From assembly GCA_951406725.2 (NCBI GenBank), contig OX597818.1, positions 25,296,001-25,360,000 of the forward strand: 64,000 nucleotides of DNA, read 5' to 3'. The notes under the pieces are model-generated. The model searched no databases, was not told the DNA's origin, and saw nothing but the letters and a program-made list of their open reading frames with translations. The DNA comes from Octopus vulgaris (taxonomy: Eukaryota). Each line of letters starts with the position of its first letter. Positions within the stretch are counted from its first letter, which is position 1. The translations under genes and the position numbers were made by a program. Below are positions 39,007 to 52,320 of this stretch, one piece after another.

Positions 39007-42000
39007 CCTGTTGCAGTAATAATCTGCACTAATGTTATGAGATAAATGAAAACTTTGGAATAAGTAATTTTTCTTGGTAACATTTGTTTTCAAATATAAA
39101 TTTTGTTATTCCATAATACTATTCCTCCCAAGTATCATGTCCATGTTCAGCTCCAGATCAGCTTTATCATCACTTTTTTTTTTAAATTTAAAAACAAACT
39201 ACATTATTGAATGTGTCTTTTTAAGATGGTAGTGTGTTTGTGGGAGATTTGGTTGTTCTTTCTAGGTCAACAGACTGCATAGAAATTCCCTGTGTAATTT
39301 GAGTAGGTGAAAATATATTAATGAAATAGTGCTGCAGAATGTGCCTAAATGCATTTAAACTGGTAGGCAGTATATACATACATATATATATATATATATA
39401 TAAGATAAAATGCTATCAGATTGGCATGATGTGAAGCTTCTTTGTTGAAGACTCACCCACTCATATTCATTAGCAGAGAAACTATTTTATTTAGTTATCA
39501 TTAATATCATTATTATTCTATTTTTCTTTATCAATAGTTTGTTTAAACATTTTAGTATCCTTGTAGTTCACTTGGCATCTTTATTATATCTCCTTCATGT
39601 ACTTGTAGGTGAAGGTTGGCAGCCATGGATGACAAGCTAATACTTTGTACTTTTCAATATAGGACAGCCATTTTTCACTCAGGTGGCTGTTCCTGCTACA
39701 ATGTAAAGGTATTACTTTTATCATTGAGCCTGTGTATGGTACTGTGAACACCTTATGCCAATCCCCCCCTTTTTTTGTGCTGCACTTCTCACTTTTGTGA
39801 CCTTTAAACATTTCTTAGACTCTTAATAGAATCTGTTTTGCTGTTCAACACTGACCCATTTTCCTTATGGAGATAAGCTAACCCTATTAATAATTTGTAT
39901 CCAGAGTTAAAAAATGTATGAATATATTTTATTTTCCTCATATTTTGTAACTACCTTTTGCACTATACAATCTTAAAATTTGCTTTTTAAGATGTATATC
40001 TATATGGAATTAATTTTACCAAATTTCTGTTTTGGCAAAGCAGTCTTTAAAAAGTATTTTAAACATTCTTTTTTCAACTAGTCTTAACATAAATCAGCTG
40101 TTGATTGTATTTTCTGTGATTGAAGGATTTCTTACATTTTTTTTCTTTTATTATTAATGTGTTATTTTGACTTTCTCAATAAAACTAACATATGTTCTTT
40201 GTTATAGAAATTAACAATACTATGCTCTTTTATGTTCATTATTCTCCAAAATATTTTAAAGGTATTTAAGTCTTTTCCTTGGTTTCACAATTTTTTTAAT
40301 TTGAAGAATACATTCTCTTTCTTGCTTCAAATGAATAAATATTGAGTTCCTGTCTGCAATTTAGCTACTCTCTAAAATGACTTTATTATGGTATGTAATA
40401 ATCTGCCAATCAGCTCTTTAGTTTTACAATTATTGTTAGCTGATATCAGTTTCAAAATGAACTGTCAGGGACTAAGTACAGATCTGTTAAATTCAAACAT
40501 AGAACAGACATATCTTTATATATACTTATTGAGGTCTTTTGTGGACAATTTTTTTCTTTTGTGTAGCAACTCTATACAAGCGTACATACGTCCTCAATCC
40601 TTTATCAGGCCATGTCAATGCAACTGTCTTAAGTGTTCTTTCTTTTGAAATAAGATTCTTAGCACACATTGATTTATTCTATTGGCATAATGAGACAGAG
40701 CTGTGAAGAACTCATTGTTATTCATTTCAGATTTTATTGCAGATTTACACTGTATTTTAGAAGCATAGTTCAAATTTAATAATTAAGCTGCCAATCCTAT
40801 ATTTTGCACATCCATGGACAGTATCATATTTAATATAAACTGATATATGCTATTGTATAAAAGATAACTATTGCTCCAATAGATAATAGCTGTCTAAGGC
40901 AATTTGAAAAAATGTAGTTAGAACTTGTTTGGTTGGTGGTGTCAGGGTTATTTACTTGTATTTTAGTTTTGAAATATTTTTACTTTTGTTTGTGTGAAAA
41001 TTGGGGAGGATTTTCATGCTCTTTGAGATATATTGTAATTTCTCTTTAATTTTTATCTAATAAAAATCTGACTGAATTTAGAATGTAGGGTTACACCATT
41101 TGTAGATACTTACCTGTTGTAAACCAGTGAAGAAAACTATAGTCACTACAAGAAATAGTAATCAAATCTGACCCAGACCATCATAGTAAAAAAATGATGC
41201 ATGACATAATGTGGTTCTGCGTTCCTTGTACATAGATGAGATGGTGATGGCTGGAATGACTTAGATTAAAGGTCTGTCCAATTAGGAGCTGACCTGGAAC
41301 TAAACAACATCTACAGCTTTTATCTTTCTTTGCTCTCTGCTTTATTTAGACGACATGAAGAACCAAATAGAAGAAAATATTGCCAGATTTAAAACTGGAT
41401 GATATTCATAGGAGATTGATTGGAATTTTATTACAAGAAGTGAATTGCATGCCGATCCTTTCTGGTGTTCTTGTAAATAACTTCATAAGGGAATACTTTC
41501 TTTGTAAGATAAAGAAAGTGATTTCTCTTATTGTATCAGGAAACTCATAATACAAAGATTGAGTTTTCTGAAGGATATTGGATTTGTTGCTTGTATAAAG
41601 TTATGTTAGACTACTTTGAAAATGCTTTTACTTTGGATAGTTAATTTTAAAATGATTTTTTATTATGTGGTTAAAAAAGTTACTGAAACCTATATGAAAA
41701 TGGGGGGTTAGGACGGTCACTTTGATAATTGATGAATTTACATTTGATGTTAAAAAAAAAATTCTCAGGCTTCTCCAGTTTATTCTATTTTTAAAATTCA
41801 GTTTATGATAACAACTGGGAAGCAATTTTCAGAACTGAATATAATAAAACAAGTTCTAAAATACATATGGTAGGGAATAAATAAGAATTGTAAAACAAGT
41901 TGGGTCCAAGAGTTATGTGAAATCTAAGACCAAAAGCGAACACTTTACATTATTCTAATGTTCTAATGCAACAAACATTGACAACTAAAACCCAATTATT

Positions 42001-45000
42001 CAACTACGTTGGCTACCAATGTTCAGCCAATAATATATTCTAGCATAGTGAAATAATTTGGAATTGTTATCTATTTAGACAAATACAAAGATAAGTGTTG
42101 CACTGTGTTAATGAACCATTTTATGACAATGGAATGCTAAGGGATGAATTTGCTGAGTATGATACATTCATTGGATTTGTGACAGATTCCGTGCAATGGA
42201 ACTGAAAGAACAATTAGAGGTATTGAATGACTGGAGAGATTGTTATCATGATGACAACAAAAACAATTCAATACTAAGTGGTATAGTTCTGATAAAATAT
42301 CTTGGATATGATATTTTAGATGATTTACTTTTGAAGTTCATTCTAGGCAACTTTAAAATTTAACTTCATTTTCGCATTTTGTTATTAATTTTCATACTAG
42401 AAACAATGTTAAAATTCAAATGTATTTTGCTAATTTTTAGCTTTACAGCTGGTATATTTCTGTTTATTTTTTTAACAATTAATATGGTTCATGATGTAAC
42501 AAATTACCATATTGACACTATAGTTTGGATATATTTAAATTACTGAAAAAGATTGAAACTCTTTTATGCCTTAAATAAAGTACTAAAAAGTTTGTATATG
42601 TGATCTTTTCTGATAGAATATTATATAATTTTTTTCTGGCTAGTGCATAAGAAGTCTCTCACTTATATTTATGAAGCAGTCCTGTTTTAACAGTTTTCTT
42701 GGACCATTTTATGTAACATAAACTATGTATAAAATAACGATATAAATTTTTCTTGGAAGAAGTTATGAGTAAAGCTAGGTTTTTAAAATTAGACAAGAGT
42801 GGATATTTGTGATTTCTCATTTTTTTTAGACATTGTTTGATATTATTATACTTTGAGAAATTCAGACTGGTGTTCTTATAGTAGTTATAGTCATGTTTCA
42901 GCTATTGTACTTCTTCAGGTCGCTATCACATTCAATAATTTTCTCAGAATTTCAAATTGAAACCTCTATTAAAATCTGCAGTGATAAATTGTTCTCTTTC
43001 TATTGTCTGCACCAAGGATATTCTATTTCTTATCATTCTACTTGTGATTTTGTTTGCTAACTTGTTCTTCTCGAACTAGAAGGTATGTACTAACTCACAC
43101 CCACTAGCTAAATTACTACATTTACATTCACTATTCCATTAGAGCCATTTTTTATGGTATGGACAGCAGAATGAGAACATAAATTCACGAAAAGTTTCAA
43201 TTCAAAATTCTGAGAATCATATTGAATATGAAAACTGAAGAGAACATAGTCAAAGCATTGTGCTTATAACAGCCAATGTGACACTACTTCAAATATGTCA
43301 GTGTGTAATTCTAGTGAAGTTGTATCAAATTTAGGCATTGAAAGTTTTCAATAATGAAGCTATGTCAACATTTCTTCACTGACAAAAGTTATATTTACTT
43401 GAATTTGTTTTCAGTATTTATTACCCATAAATGTTTATATCTATGTGTGCGATAATAATTTTTATCTGGTGTTTACTGATGTTTAATGACCAAGAAATTA
43501 GAAAGGAAGCTAAAGCTTTTGATAGTATTTTCCTCTTACCAAAGGAACAGCCCAAATTTCTTTCTGTATAAAAGAGAAAATATATAATTTAGATCAAAGT
43601 TGTAAAATGATGTAGAATTGGGATACATAGAAATGTACTGCATTGCAGACATGATCAACCCATGGCAGCTTGAGAAAAAATGAATATTAAATACTCTCCC
43701 CCCTCCCTCTCTCTCTCACACACATGTGCCTGTATACAAGTTGATACACCTGAAAAAAGCATTTAGATTATTTTTTTCATCACAGTTCAAATGTCATTGG
43801 CTATGCATTTAATTTTCACTGGATGATACTTGTATTTTATATTATTAATTATATTTAGTTTGGTAAAAATTGAAAGTAGTATAATCATATATGTTGTGGA
43901 GAAATATTTTGATGTTAATGAAACTGATGTTTCAAATGTAACATTGAAGTTAACAACTGCAAATTCATCACACCTGATCTTTTGGACATTGCATTTTATG
44001 TCTTATTACTTCTCATAGGATAATTTTTTATTTGAAAAGTTAGCCAGAATTATTAATATCACTTTAATCAATGACTTTCAGAAAGTTTCTATTTGTGCTG
44101 GAATACCTGTGTGATTAAAATCACTTTGCAGACCTGTTGTATTATTTCCTTGACTAAAGAGTGAAATTTGGTTGAGGGAATCCATAGAACTTGTCAGATG
44201 TGTATATTTGTATGTATAGATTGATAGATATGGGATGGCAGAATTGGTACATTGAATGAAGATACCATGTGGTATTTCTTTTTGTTTCAGTCACCTCTCT
44301 TGTGTTCAGTTAACTGGTTTTCAACCCCTATGGGGGTTGAAAACCCCCATAGTAGATAAAAACAAAAGCTAGACAATGTAATGAGGCTGAATATAGTAGA
44401 TTAAAATCCTTGAATGACATAGAAGTATATGGATATTTCTTATGTAATATGAGTATATCTTAAGCATTATTGTGGGAGACAATACATCTAATGTATATCT
44501 CAAGCGTTATTGTTTCCATTGGAAAATTTTTTCATGGTATCTGTTCATAGAAACAGTATGAGTCTAATGTGACATGGTCTAGACTGCATGTGAATGACCC
44601 CAAAACAATCGGAGGAATCAATGTAATGTTTCTGAGGAGCATATGTGGTGAGAAGTAAAGTGAAACGAATTAATAAAAGATTGATCAGAGAGAAGCTTAA
44701 CAATTCCTGGTGTAGTATAACAGTCTGGCACAAATCTCTCTATCCCAGAGATAGAACAGACAACTTTGCTTGGTATTTTCAGTTTTAGATGGATACATTG
44801 AAACTAGGGTAAATTATTTTATAAATATTGTAATTCTTCCAAACTATTAATTGCCATATCTTTGATGCTAACTGCTTCATTTAATATTAGATTGTACTTT
44901 ATTTTGCTACATGTCAAGTTTAGTATCTAATTTTCCATATTTCTTTTAGATAGGTCTGCTGAGTTATTGTAATCTTCATAGCAAGCATAAGTAGGTATGA

Positions 45001-45374
45001 TAAAACAATAGTGTTAGTTTGTGTAAGTGGATATATTTTTTAATTAATAGAAGGAAAGGAAAAAGATAATATGATATAATATAAAATAGCTGTGTTGAGA
45101 GATCTCAAATGATTCAACTGCAAACCTGTTCAAATAAGTTTCAACAGACTTAAAATTGTGTGTTACCCTTGTCATTAGGAATGTTAAAGATATACGATAG
45201 TTTTAGGTAATTGTTCAGTTTACATATGCAAAGAAAGAAAGATTATTTTCCAGTGAGTATAAAACCTTTCTGTTTCATAAAGCCTTTTGCATTTGTTTGT
45301 GAAGACTTTTCTGTTATTTAGATAAGAAATTTACTTAACTCTCCTTCTCGCTCCCCCCTCTCTCTCTCTCTGCC

Positions 45375-46150
45375 GAATGTGGTTGCTCAATAAAGAAAAT
45401 CAATGGGAGAAAGAGTATCTGCTGAATGTTGACCCAACAGAGGGACCAGCTATCTGAGTTAACAGTACCTTGGTAGATACAGCAATTAAGAGTATAAAGA
45501 CAGGGAGAGCCCCCGGCCCATCAGGAATTACTGCAGAGATGCTGAAAATATCTGGCAGTGTCAGCTATAGCCTAGTCACGTGTATAGTTAACCAGGTGAT
45601 ACACGAAGGAGTCATACCCATTGACTGGTGTAGCAGCATAATTGTCAACTGCTACAAAGGTAAAGGTGATGCTTTAGATACAAATAATTACAGAGGTATC
45701 AAGTTGCTCAGGTGCTCAGATGCTCAGGTGCAATAAACACTGAAAATTTGCAGAGACCAACTTCCGCCACATTCCAGGGAGAAAAATTAGAAGTAGTTGA
45801 TAGCTTCCCTTACCTAGGTGACCAAGTCAGTAGCGGGGGAGGTTGCGCTGAAAGTGTAGCTCCTTACCTCTGTTGGTGACAAAGGGCCTCTCGCTCAGAG
45901 TAAAAGGTAGACTGTATGACGTTTGTGTATGAACAGCCATGCTACATGGCAGTGAAACATTGGCCTTCACTGCTGAGGACATGTGTAAACTCACAAGGAA
46001 TGAAGCCAGTATGCTCCAATGGATGTGTAATATTAGTGTGCATACTTGACAGAGTGTTAGTACCTTGAGAGAAAAGTTGGACCTAAGAAGTATCAGATGT
46101 GGAGTGCAAGAGAGACGACTGCGCTGGTATGGCTATGTGGCGAGAACGGA
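45375..46150 (+). mobile_element. RTE LINE fragment with large internal deletion
   Basis: IKTGRAPGPSGITAEMLK..IPIDWCSSIIVNCYKGKGDAL..NYRGIKLL joins at ~45710 to EKLEVVDSFPYLGD and RVKGRLYD..AMLHGSET. Confidence 0.88.
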
Positions 46151-46822
46151 TGGGGCACCACCACTGAATGAGCTACACTAGTATGTGAATCCACCTCTGT
46201 TATGTGGCACTTGGTCAACAAGGGAGTTTGATGCCGCTGCCCACATCTGTGTCTCCTGTCAAGAGGTAGGTTCATCTGGGATCCCTGACAAGAAGAGATC
46301 CAGTTTAGTTTTAAAGAAACCCACATCCACACCATGCAAATCTCTCAGGCATTTTGGGAGGATGTTGAAGAGCTGTGGTCCTCTGAAACCCAAACTGTTG
46401 CAGTATCTGGTCCTGTATTTTGATGGTGATGTTGGAATCTTTGGCACCATGCAGTGGTGCCCCGTTCTGCAGTTGGGGTAACGTTGAATGCCAAAGTTTG
46501 GGACAAGAAACTCCAGGATTTTCCAGATGTATATCACTGCATATCTCTCCCGCCTTCGCTCTAGGGAGAAGAATTTTAATACTTTCAGTCTTTCCCAGTA
46601 GCTGATATGTTGCATTGAGACGATCTTCTTAGTGTAGCTTCTTTGAATTGCTTTGAGTTCTGCTGTTAGCTTTATATTGTGAGGTGACCATAGTTGGGAG
46701 CAGTAGTCCAAGCGGCTGAGGACGGAAGTTTTCCAAAGGACCATCAGTGTCTCCTTCTCTCTTGTTCTGAAAGTTCGGAGAATCTATTCAGCTAGCCGTC
46801 TGCATTTTATTACCAAATAAGT
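46151..46822 (-). mobile_element. CR1-group LINE 3' fragment
   Basis: ORF 46259-46744: LSRLDYCSQLWSP..SYWERLKVLKFFSLERRRERY..GPQLFNILP..LDLFLSGIPDEP. Homologous to 52541-53320. Confidence 0.88.
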
Positions 46823-46823
46823 A

Positions 46824-46882
<59 letters not shown>

Positions 46883-46946
46883 TGTGTGTGTGTGTGTATA
46901 TATGTGTGTGTGTGTGTATATATGTGTGTGTGTATATGTGTGTGTG

Positions 46947-47007
<61 letters not shown>

Positions 47008-47026
47008 ATATATATGTGTGTGTGTG

Positions 47027-47070
<44 letters not shown>

Positions 47071-47673
47071 TGTGTGTGTGTATATATATGTGTGTGTGTA
47101 TATATATGTGTGTGTGTGTGTATATATGTGTGTGTGTGTGTATATATGTGTGTGTGTGTGTATATATGTGTGTGTGTATATATATGTGTGTGTGTATATA
47201 TATATGTGTGTGTGTATATATGTGTGTGTGTATATATATGTGTGTGTGTATATATATGTGTGTGTATATATGTGTATGTGTGTATATATGTGTGTGTGTA
47301 TATATATGTGTGTGTGTATGTGTGTGTATATATGTGTGTGTGTGTATGTGTGTATATATATATATGTGTGTGTGTGTGTATATATGTGTGTGTGTGTATA
47401 TATATGTGTGTGTGTGTGTATATATATGTGTGTGTGTGTATATATATATGTGTATGTGTGTGTATATATATATGTGTATGTATGTGTGTGTATATATATA
47501 TGTGTATGTATGTGTGTATATATATATATGTGTATGTATGTGTGTATATATATATATGTGTATATATGTGTGTATATATATATGTGTGTATGTGTGTGTA
47601 TATATATATATGTGTATATGTGTGTGTGTATATATATATGTGTATATATGTGTGTGTATATATATATGTGTGT
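46822..47673. repeat. ~850 bp compound (TA)n(TG)n microsatellite
   Basis: Direct reading. Confidence 0.98.
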
Positions 47674-48294
47674 GGTCTCACTTTCATCCTATATTCTACC
47701 AATACCACTATCAACACTTACCTCTACCTTGGATTTTCTTTACCTCTTGGATACTTACCATTGGCTGCACCTCTCTTTCGCGGATCAAAGTGACTTTGCA
47801 TTGATGTGAAATCCTTAAAAAATATACCACGACGTCTACACATTTCTCACCTTGAACTTTCAACCTTGAACTTGTTCGCATAAACTGTCCCGTTGGTTGT
47901 ACTTTTATTTTCTCATATATTACCACTTTTTTTTACATTCATTTCATGCTTTCCACATTTTCCTGCATTTTTGTTCTCCTTTCCGTCTTTCTTCCCTCTC
48001 TGGATGTCCATACTCTGTTTCCTCTGCCTGCACCCCCCTTTTTTGCCTCCCCCTCTCTCTGCTTCCCTTCTTTCTTTCCCTTTTCCGTTTGCCCCGTCTT
48101 TTCTGCCCCTATCGCTTACTTATCTAGTTTTTACATACGATTATTATTTTTTTTTGTTTTTTTGAACGTTTGTTTTTTCCCCTTTTTTCGCTATCTCCTT
48201 TTTTTCTATTTTTTTCATACGATAATTTTTTGTTTTTTGTTTTTTTTTGTTTTTTCGAACGTTTGTTTGTTTGTTTTTTTTCCGCTATCCCATC

Positions 48295-51197
48295 ATGCCG
48301 GATCCTAGGTCCTACCTCCTCACCCTCCATCACCGTTTGAAGGATTATCTCCGTTCTCTTCCTGTATATTGCCTTCAGCCGTCCGTTAATCTCTCTCTAC
48401 TTCTTTTTAAAAAACCCGCTTCTCTAGCCATGTCTCTTTCCTAAGCCGCTGCCTACATCACCGACTCATCCCTAAAGGTTTCCGCCTCCACTTCCACCCT
48501 GCTCTCCACTCGGATTCTTCCATCTTACCCATACTCCGCACCACATCTTACCGCCTTATGCGGGCCACCATTCGCTCCAATCTCTCTAAACTACATGCCA
48601 TCAACCGCCTTCTTCCTCCTGCTTTCTCCACCTTCTTCTCCTCTCTGCTGCCTCTCTATGCTCCAAACACGCTACGCTTCATTATCCATTTGAATCAACT
48701 CTTCCATCAATTTCTTTCTGATACCAAACTTCGTAAACTCCAATCACTCTTCCATTCCACCCTACCCGACGCCACTACCCCAACTCCTCCACCACCCTTC
48801 TCCCCTCCCGATAGGCTCCATCCACCCACACCTAACCCCACTGCCCCTCCCTACAACCCCTTCTCCCCTCCCGATAGGTTCCATCCACCTACACCTAACC
48901 CTACTGCCCCCCCAACCACCCCCCACACACCTCCCCAATCCCTCCCCTCAGACCTCCATGAGACCTACCACCCCTCCTACTTCTATTCCACCCACCCCTT
49001 CTCCACTTCCGTCTGTTGTTACCATTCCCCCCGATCTTCCCCTATCTGCGGCTGAACGCTCCGTCCTTGGTAGGGGTCTGCGTTTCATCCCCCTCACTCC
49101 ATCCTGTAAGGAATTCCAGACGCGAGTCGATGTCCACAGCTTTGTGCGCCGTGTCCGGTTGGGTGCGCATTACCACGACTCGCCACCCACACCCAATGAA
49201 GAGGACTGCTTCACTGGCCTGGGCCGCCGACCATCCCCGTGGACGCCTGCCCCTGGCCAGATCCTAGCAGTGGATCTTTTCGCGGGCGCTTGTCAGCGTG
49301 CATTGGAGCGGTTCAACTTCTCCAGGCGCCAACGCCGCCTCAACATCTCCCCGGCTGAGCTCTTGGCTCTTCGTTCCCTCCAACGGCGCGCTGACATTAT
49401 CATCAAACCGGCTGACAAGGGTGGAGCTGTAGTGGTGTGGCGCGCGGACCTCTATAGGGCTGAGGCTTTCCGCCAACTCAATGACACCTCCTTCTATTCC
49501 CCTCTGCCCTCTAACCCCACACGTAGCTACCAACAGACGGTATCCTCTACTGTCCGCGACCTCATCTCGTCCTCCCGTCTCCCCCGCACCGCATCCAACC
49601 TAATTGTGCGAACCCCACGTACCCCCACCATTTACTTCCTCCCCAAAATCCACAAACCCAACAACCCTGGCCGCCCCCATCGTCTCCGCCTGTAACTGCC
49701 CCACGGAGCTCATCTCTAAATACCTCGACCGTGTCCTTGCCCCCTAGTGGCATCTCTTCCCTCCCACATCCACGATACCAACCATGCTCTCCGGCTTTTC
49801 AACTCTTTCTCCTTTCCTCCCGGCTCCTCCAAAATCCTTTTTACTATGGACATCCAAAGCCTCTATACTGTTATCCCTCACCACGAAGGACTGCAGGCCC
49901 TTCGACACTTTCTTGACCTCCGCTCTAACCCTGTACCTGACACCTCCACACTCATTCGTCTGGCCGAACTTGTCCTTACTCTGAACTGCTTCTCGTTCGC
50001 GGGCGAGTTCTACCATCAGGTCTCGGGAGTGGCCATGGGAACGCGAATGGGCCCCAACTATGCGAACCTGTTCGTTGGCTATGTTGAGGCCCAAATATTC
50101 TCTAATTTCACTGGTCCCACTCCTGAACTATACGGTCGTTACATTGACGACATTATCGGTGCCACCTCACTCTCCCGTGAACATCTAGATTCCTTCCTCT
50201 CTTTCGTCCAATCTTTCCATCCAGCCCTCCACTTCACTTCCACTATCTCCAACACCTCTGTCTCCTTCCTCGACATTTCGGTTAGCATTCTTCACTCCAC
50301 TCTTACCACCTCCATTCACTACAAACACACAGACTCACACTCATACCTCAACTTCTCTTCCTCCCACCCAGAACACACCAAGCTTTCCATCCCCTATTCC
50401 CAATTCCTCCGTCTACGTAGGCTCTGTAGTGACGACCATGACTTTGAGACTCAGTCTCAACGTATGGCTCACCACTTCACCCTACGTGGATACCCCCTCA
50501 CCACTATCCACACCGCCCTTGCCACAGCACGGTCCGTGGACCATGCATCTGCTCTCTCTCCCCGAACCCGCCCTGTAGTCTCCCGCCTCCCTTTTCCCCT
50601 CACTTACCACCCCACGACCCTACGTCTCCAACGCACCATTCTTCGAGCTTTCCGTCATCTCCAGTCCGACCCGTCCACTTCACACCTCTTCCCTAACCGA
50701 CCCCTCCCCTCTTTCAAACGAGCCCACAACCTTCGAGACCTTTTGGTCCATAGCTCCTTCCCTGACCCTACCTCCCAACCCGGCTCGTTCCCCTGCTCCC
50801 GCCCACGTTGCCGCACTTGCCCTTACCTCTCCAACACCACCCGCCTCACTAGCACCCACCATCGACCCTATCCCATCATCCACTCCTTCACCTGCACCTC
50901 CAGCAATATTATCTATTGCGTCTCTTGCTCTCTCTGCAATTCCTTGTACATCGGACAAACGGGACGCCGCTTGGCTGACCGGTTCGCGGAACACCTTCGT
51001 GACATCCACCTTGCGAACGACACACCGGTCTCACGCCATTTCCACTCCACCGGTCACTCCTTGCAACACCTATCTGTGTTCGGTTTGTCCTTACACAGAG
51101 GCCATCCGGCTTCCCGTTTGCGCCGTGAACAGGAATTAATCTTCTCTCTTCGCTCTTATACGCCATTTGGTCTCAACTCTCCCCCCTCCTCATCTAA
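48295..51197 (+). CDS. PLE polyprotein (RT + Cys linker + GIY-YIG endonuclease), ~965 aa after repairing single-base frameshifts
   Basis: HVSFLSRC..LIPKGF, LGRGLRFIP, IIIKPADKGGAVVVW, FLPKIHK..PGRPIVS, MDIQSLYT, GVAMGTRMGPNYANLF, RYIDD, FLDI, SIPYSQFLRLRRLCS, PCSRPRCRTC, NIIYCVSC..C..LYIGQTGR and FGLN. The stop is 51197 if one more indel is assumed, otherwise 51414. Confidence 0.92.
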
Positions 51198-51444
51198 CCC
51201 CCTCTCCCCCTCCTCACCTATCCTTCCCCCCGACCCCTACTTCTTCAGTCCTTCATCCTTTCACCCCTACTCCCCTTCCCTTCCCTCTTTCTCCCTCCCT
51301 CCTTCCCTCTTTCCTCTGCTCCCTCACTCCCCTTCTCTCCTCCTCCCCTCTTTCCTCCTTCCTCCCCTCCCCCTCTTCTCCCCCTCCCCCTCTTCTCCTC
51401 ACTACACCACATGACTTTACACATCACATCATATATGATGTGCC

Positions 51445-51792
51445 ATACTAATACATACACCAACTAATACATACTGATACGTACTAATACATACTAATAC
51501 ATACTAATACATACACCAACCCTATACATACACACAGACCCCTCATACATACAGACCCCTCATACGCACTTATACTCTCTCATTCACATACACGCACACA
51601 CTTATACATACTAATACGTACTAATACATACTAATACATACACCAACCCCATACATACACCTGTCCAGACCTATCCTACGCACTAATACTCTCTCATACA
51701 CACACACACACACCCTTATACATACTAATACATACTAATACATACACCAACCCTATACATACACACGTCCAGACCCCTCCTACGCACTAATA
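51445..51792 (+). repeat. Minisatellite (atactaatac / catacacc / cagacccct units) in the PLE 3' UTR
   Basis: Direct reading of repeated 10-mers and ~120 bp higher-order blocks. Confidence 0.85.
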
Positions 51793-51960
51793 GGTGGTCA
51801 TTCAACCCTATTATCAACCCTATTATCTCCCCTTATTTCGCTCTCGCGTCTCATGTTTGATCTTTGACTTCTGGCCGAAATCAGATCGCCATGTTGATTC
51901 GTTAGTTACTGCACGCATTTTTTTTCTCTCCTTCTTTCTGTGTTTTTTTCTCTCTGTGTA

Positions 51961-51998
51961 TCTTTCTGTTGAAGAGCGTAGGCTCGAAACGTTAAAGA
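51961..51998 (+). ncRNA. Minimal type I hammerhead ribozyme motif (variant core) in the PLE pLTR
   Basis: TCTTT-CTGTTGA-A-GAGC(gtag)GCTC-GAAA-C-GTT^AAAGA. Perfect 5-bp stem I and 4-bp stem II, palindromic AACGTT in place of stem III. Confidence 0.78.
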
Positions 51999-52096
51999 CT
52001 TGTTTTATTTATATTTCCTGAGCGCCATACTAATACAATTGTTTGTTTGTTTTCCACCTGCCTTCGTCTTTTGTCTATTTTCATAAAGCTTCCCGT

Positions 52097-52132
52097 TATA
52101 TATGTGTATATATGTGTGTGTGTGTGTATGTG

Positions 52133-52163
<31 letters not shown>

Positions 52164-52238
52164 ATATATATGTGTATATATGTGTGTGTGTGTATATATG
52201 TGTGTGTGTGTGTGTGTATATATATGTCTGTATATATA

Positions 52239-52277
<39 letters not shown>

Positions 52278-52320
52278 GTGTATATATATATTTGTATACA
52301 TGTATACATATATATATATG
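52097..52320. repeat. Compound (TA)n(TG)n microsatellite
   Basis: Direct reading. Confidence 0.98.

Larger units (their letters stand above)
47674..52096 (+). mobile_element. Near full-length Penelope-like retroelement, Neptune-type
   Basis: C-rich block distinct from the host. RT plus C-terminal GIY-YIG ORF, 3' minisatellite, hammerhead motif, and microsatellite on both sides. Confidence 0.95.

Noticed and set aside
41318-41402. Strong polypyrimidine tract and AG followed by a 15-codon ORF
   Set aside because: No convincing donor or homology; cannot be supported without transcripts.
46788-47809. Four 309-321 aa ORFs (CVCVYI.. / HTHIY..)
   Set aside because: Translations of the TA/TG microsatellite, which lacks stop codons. 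The same applies to ORFs at 9168-9471 and 51992-52444.
51445-51792. Repeat-spacer-like array resembling CRISPR
   Set aside because: Low-complexity minisatellite without unique spacers or cas genes, in a eukaryotic context.
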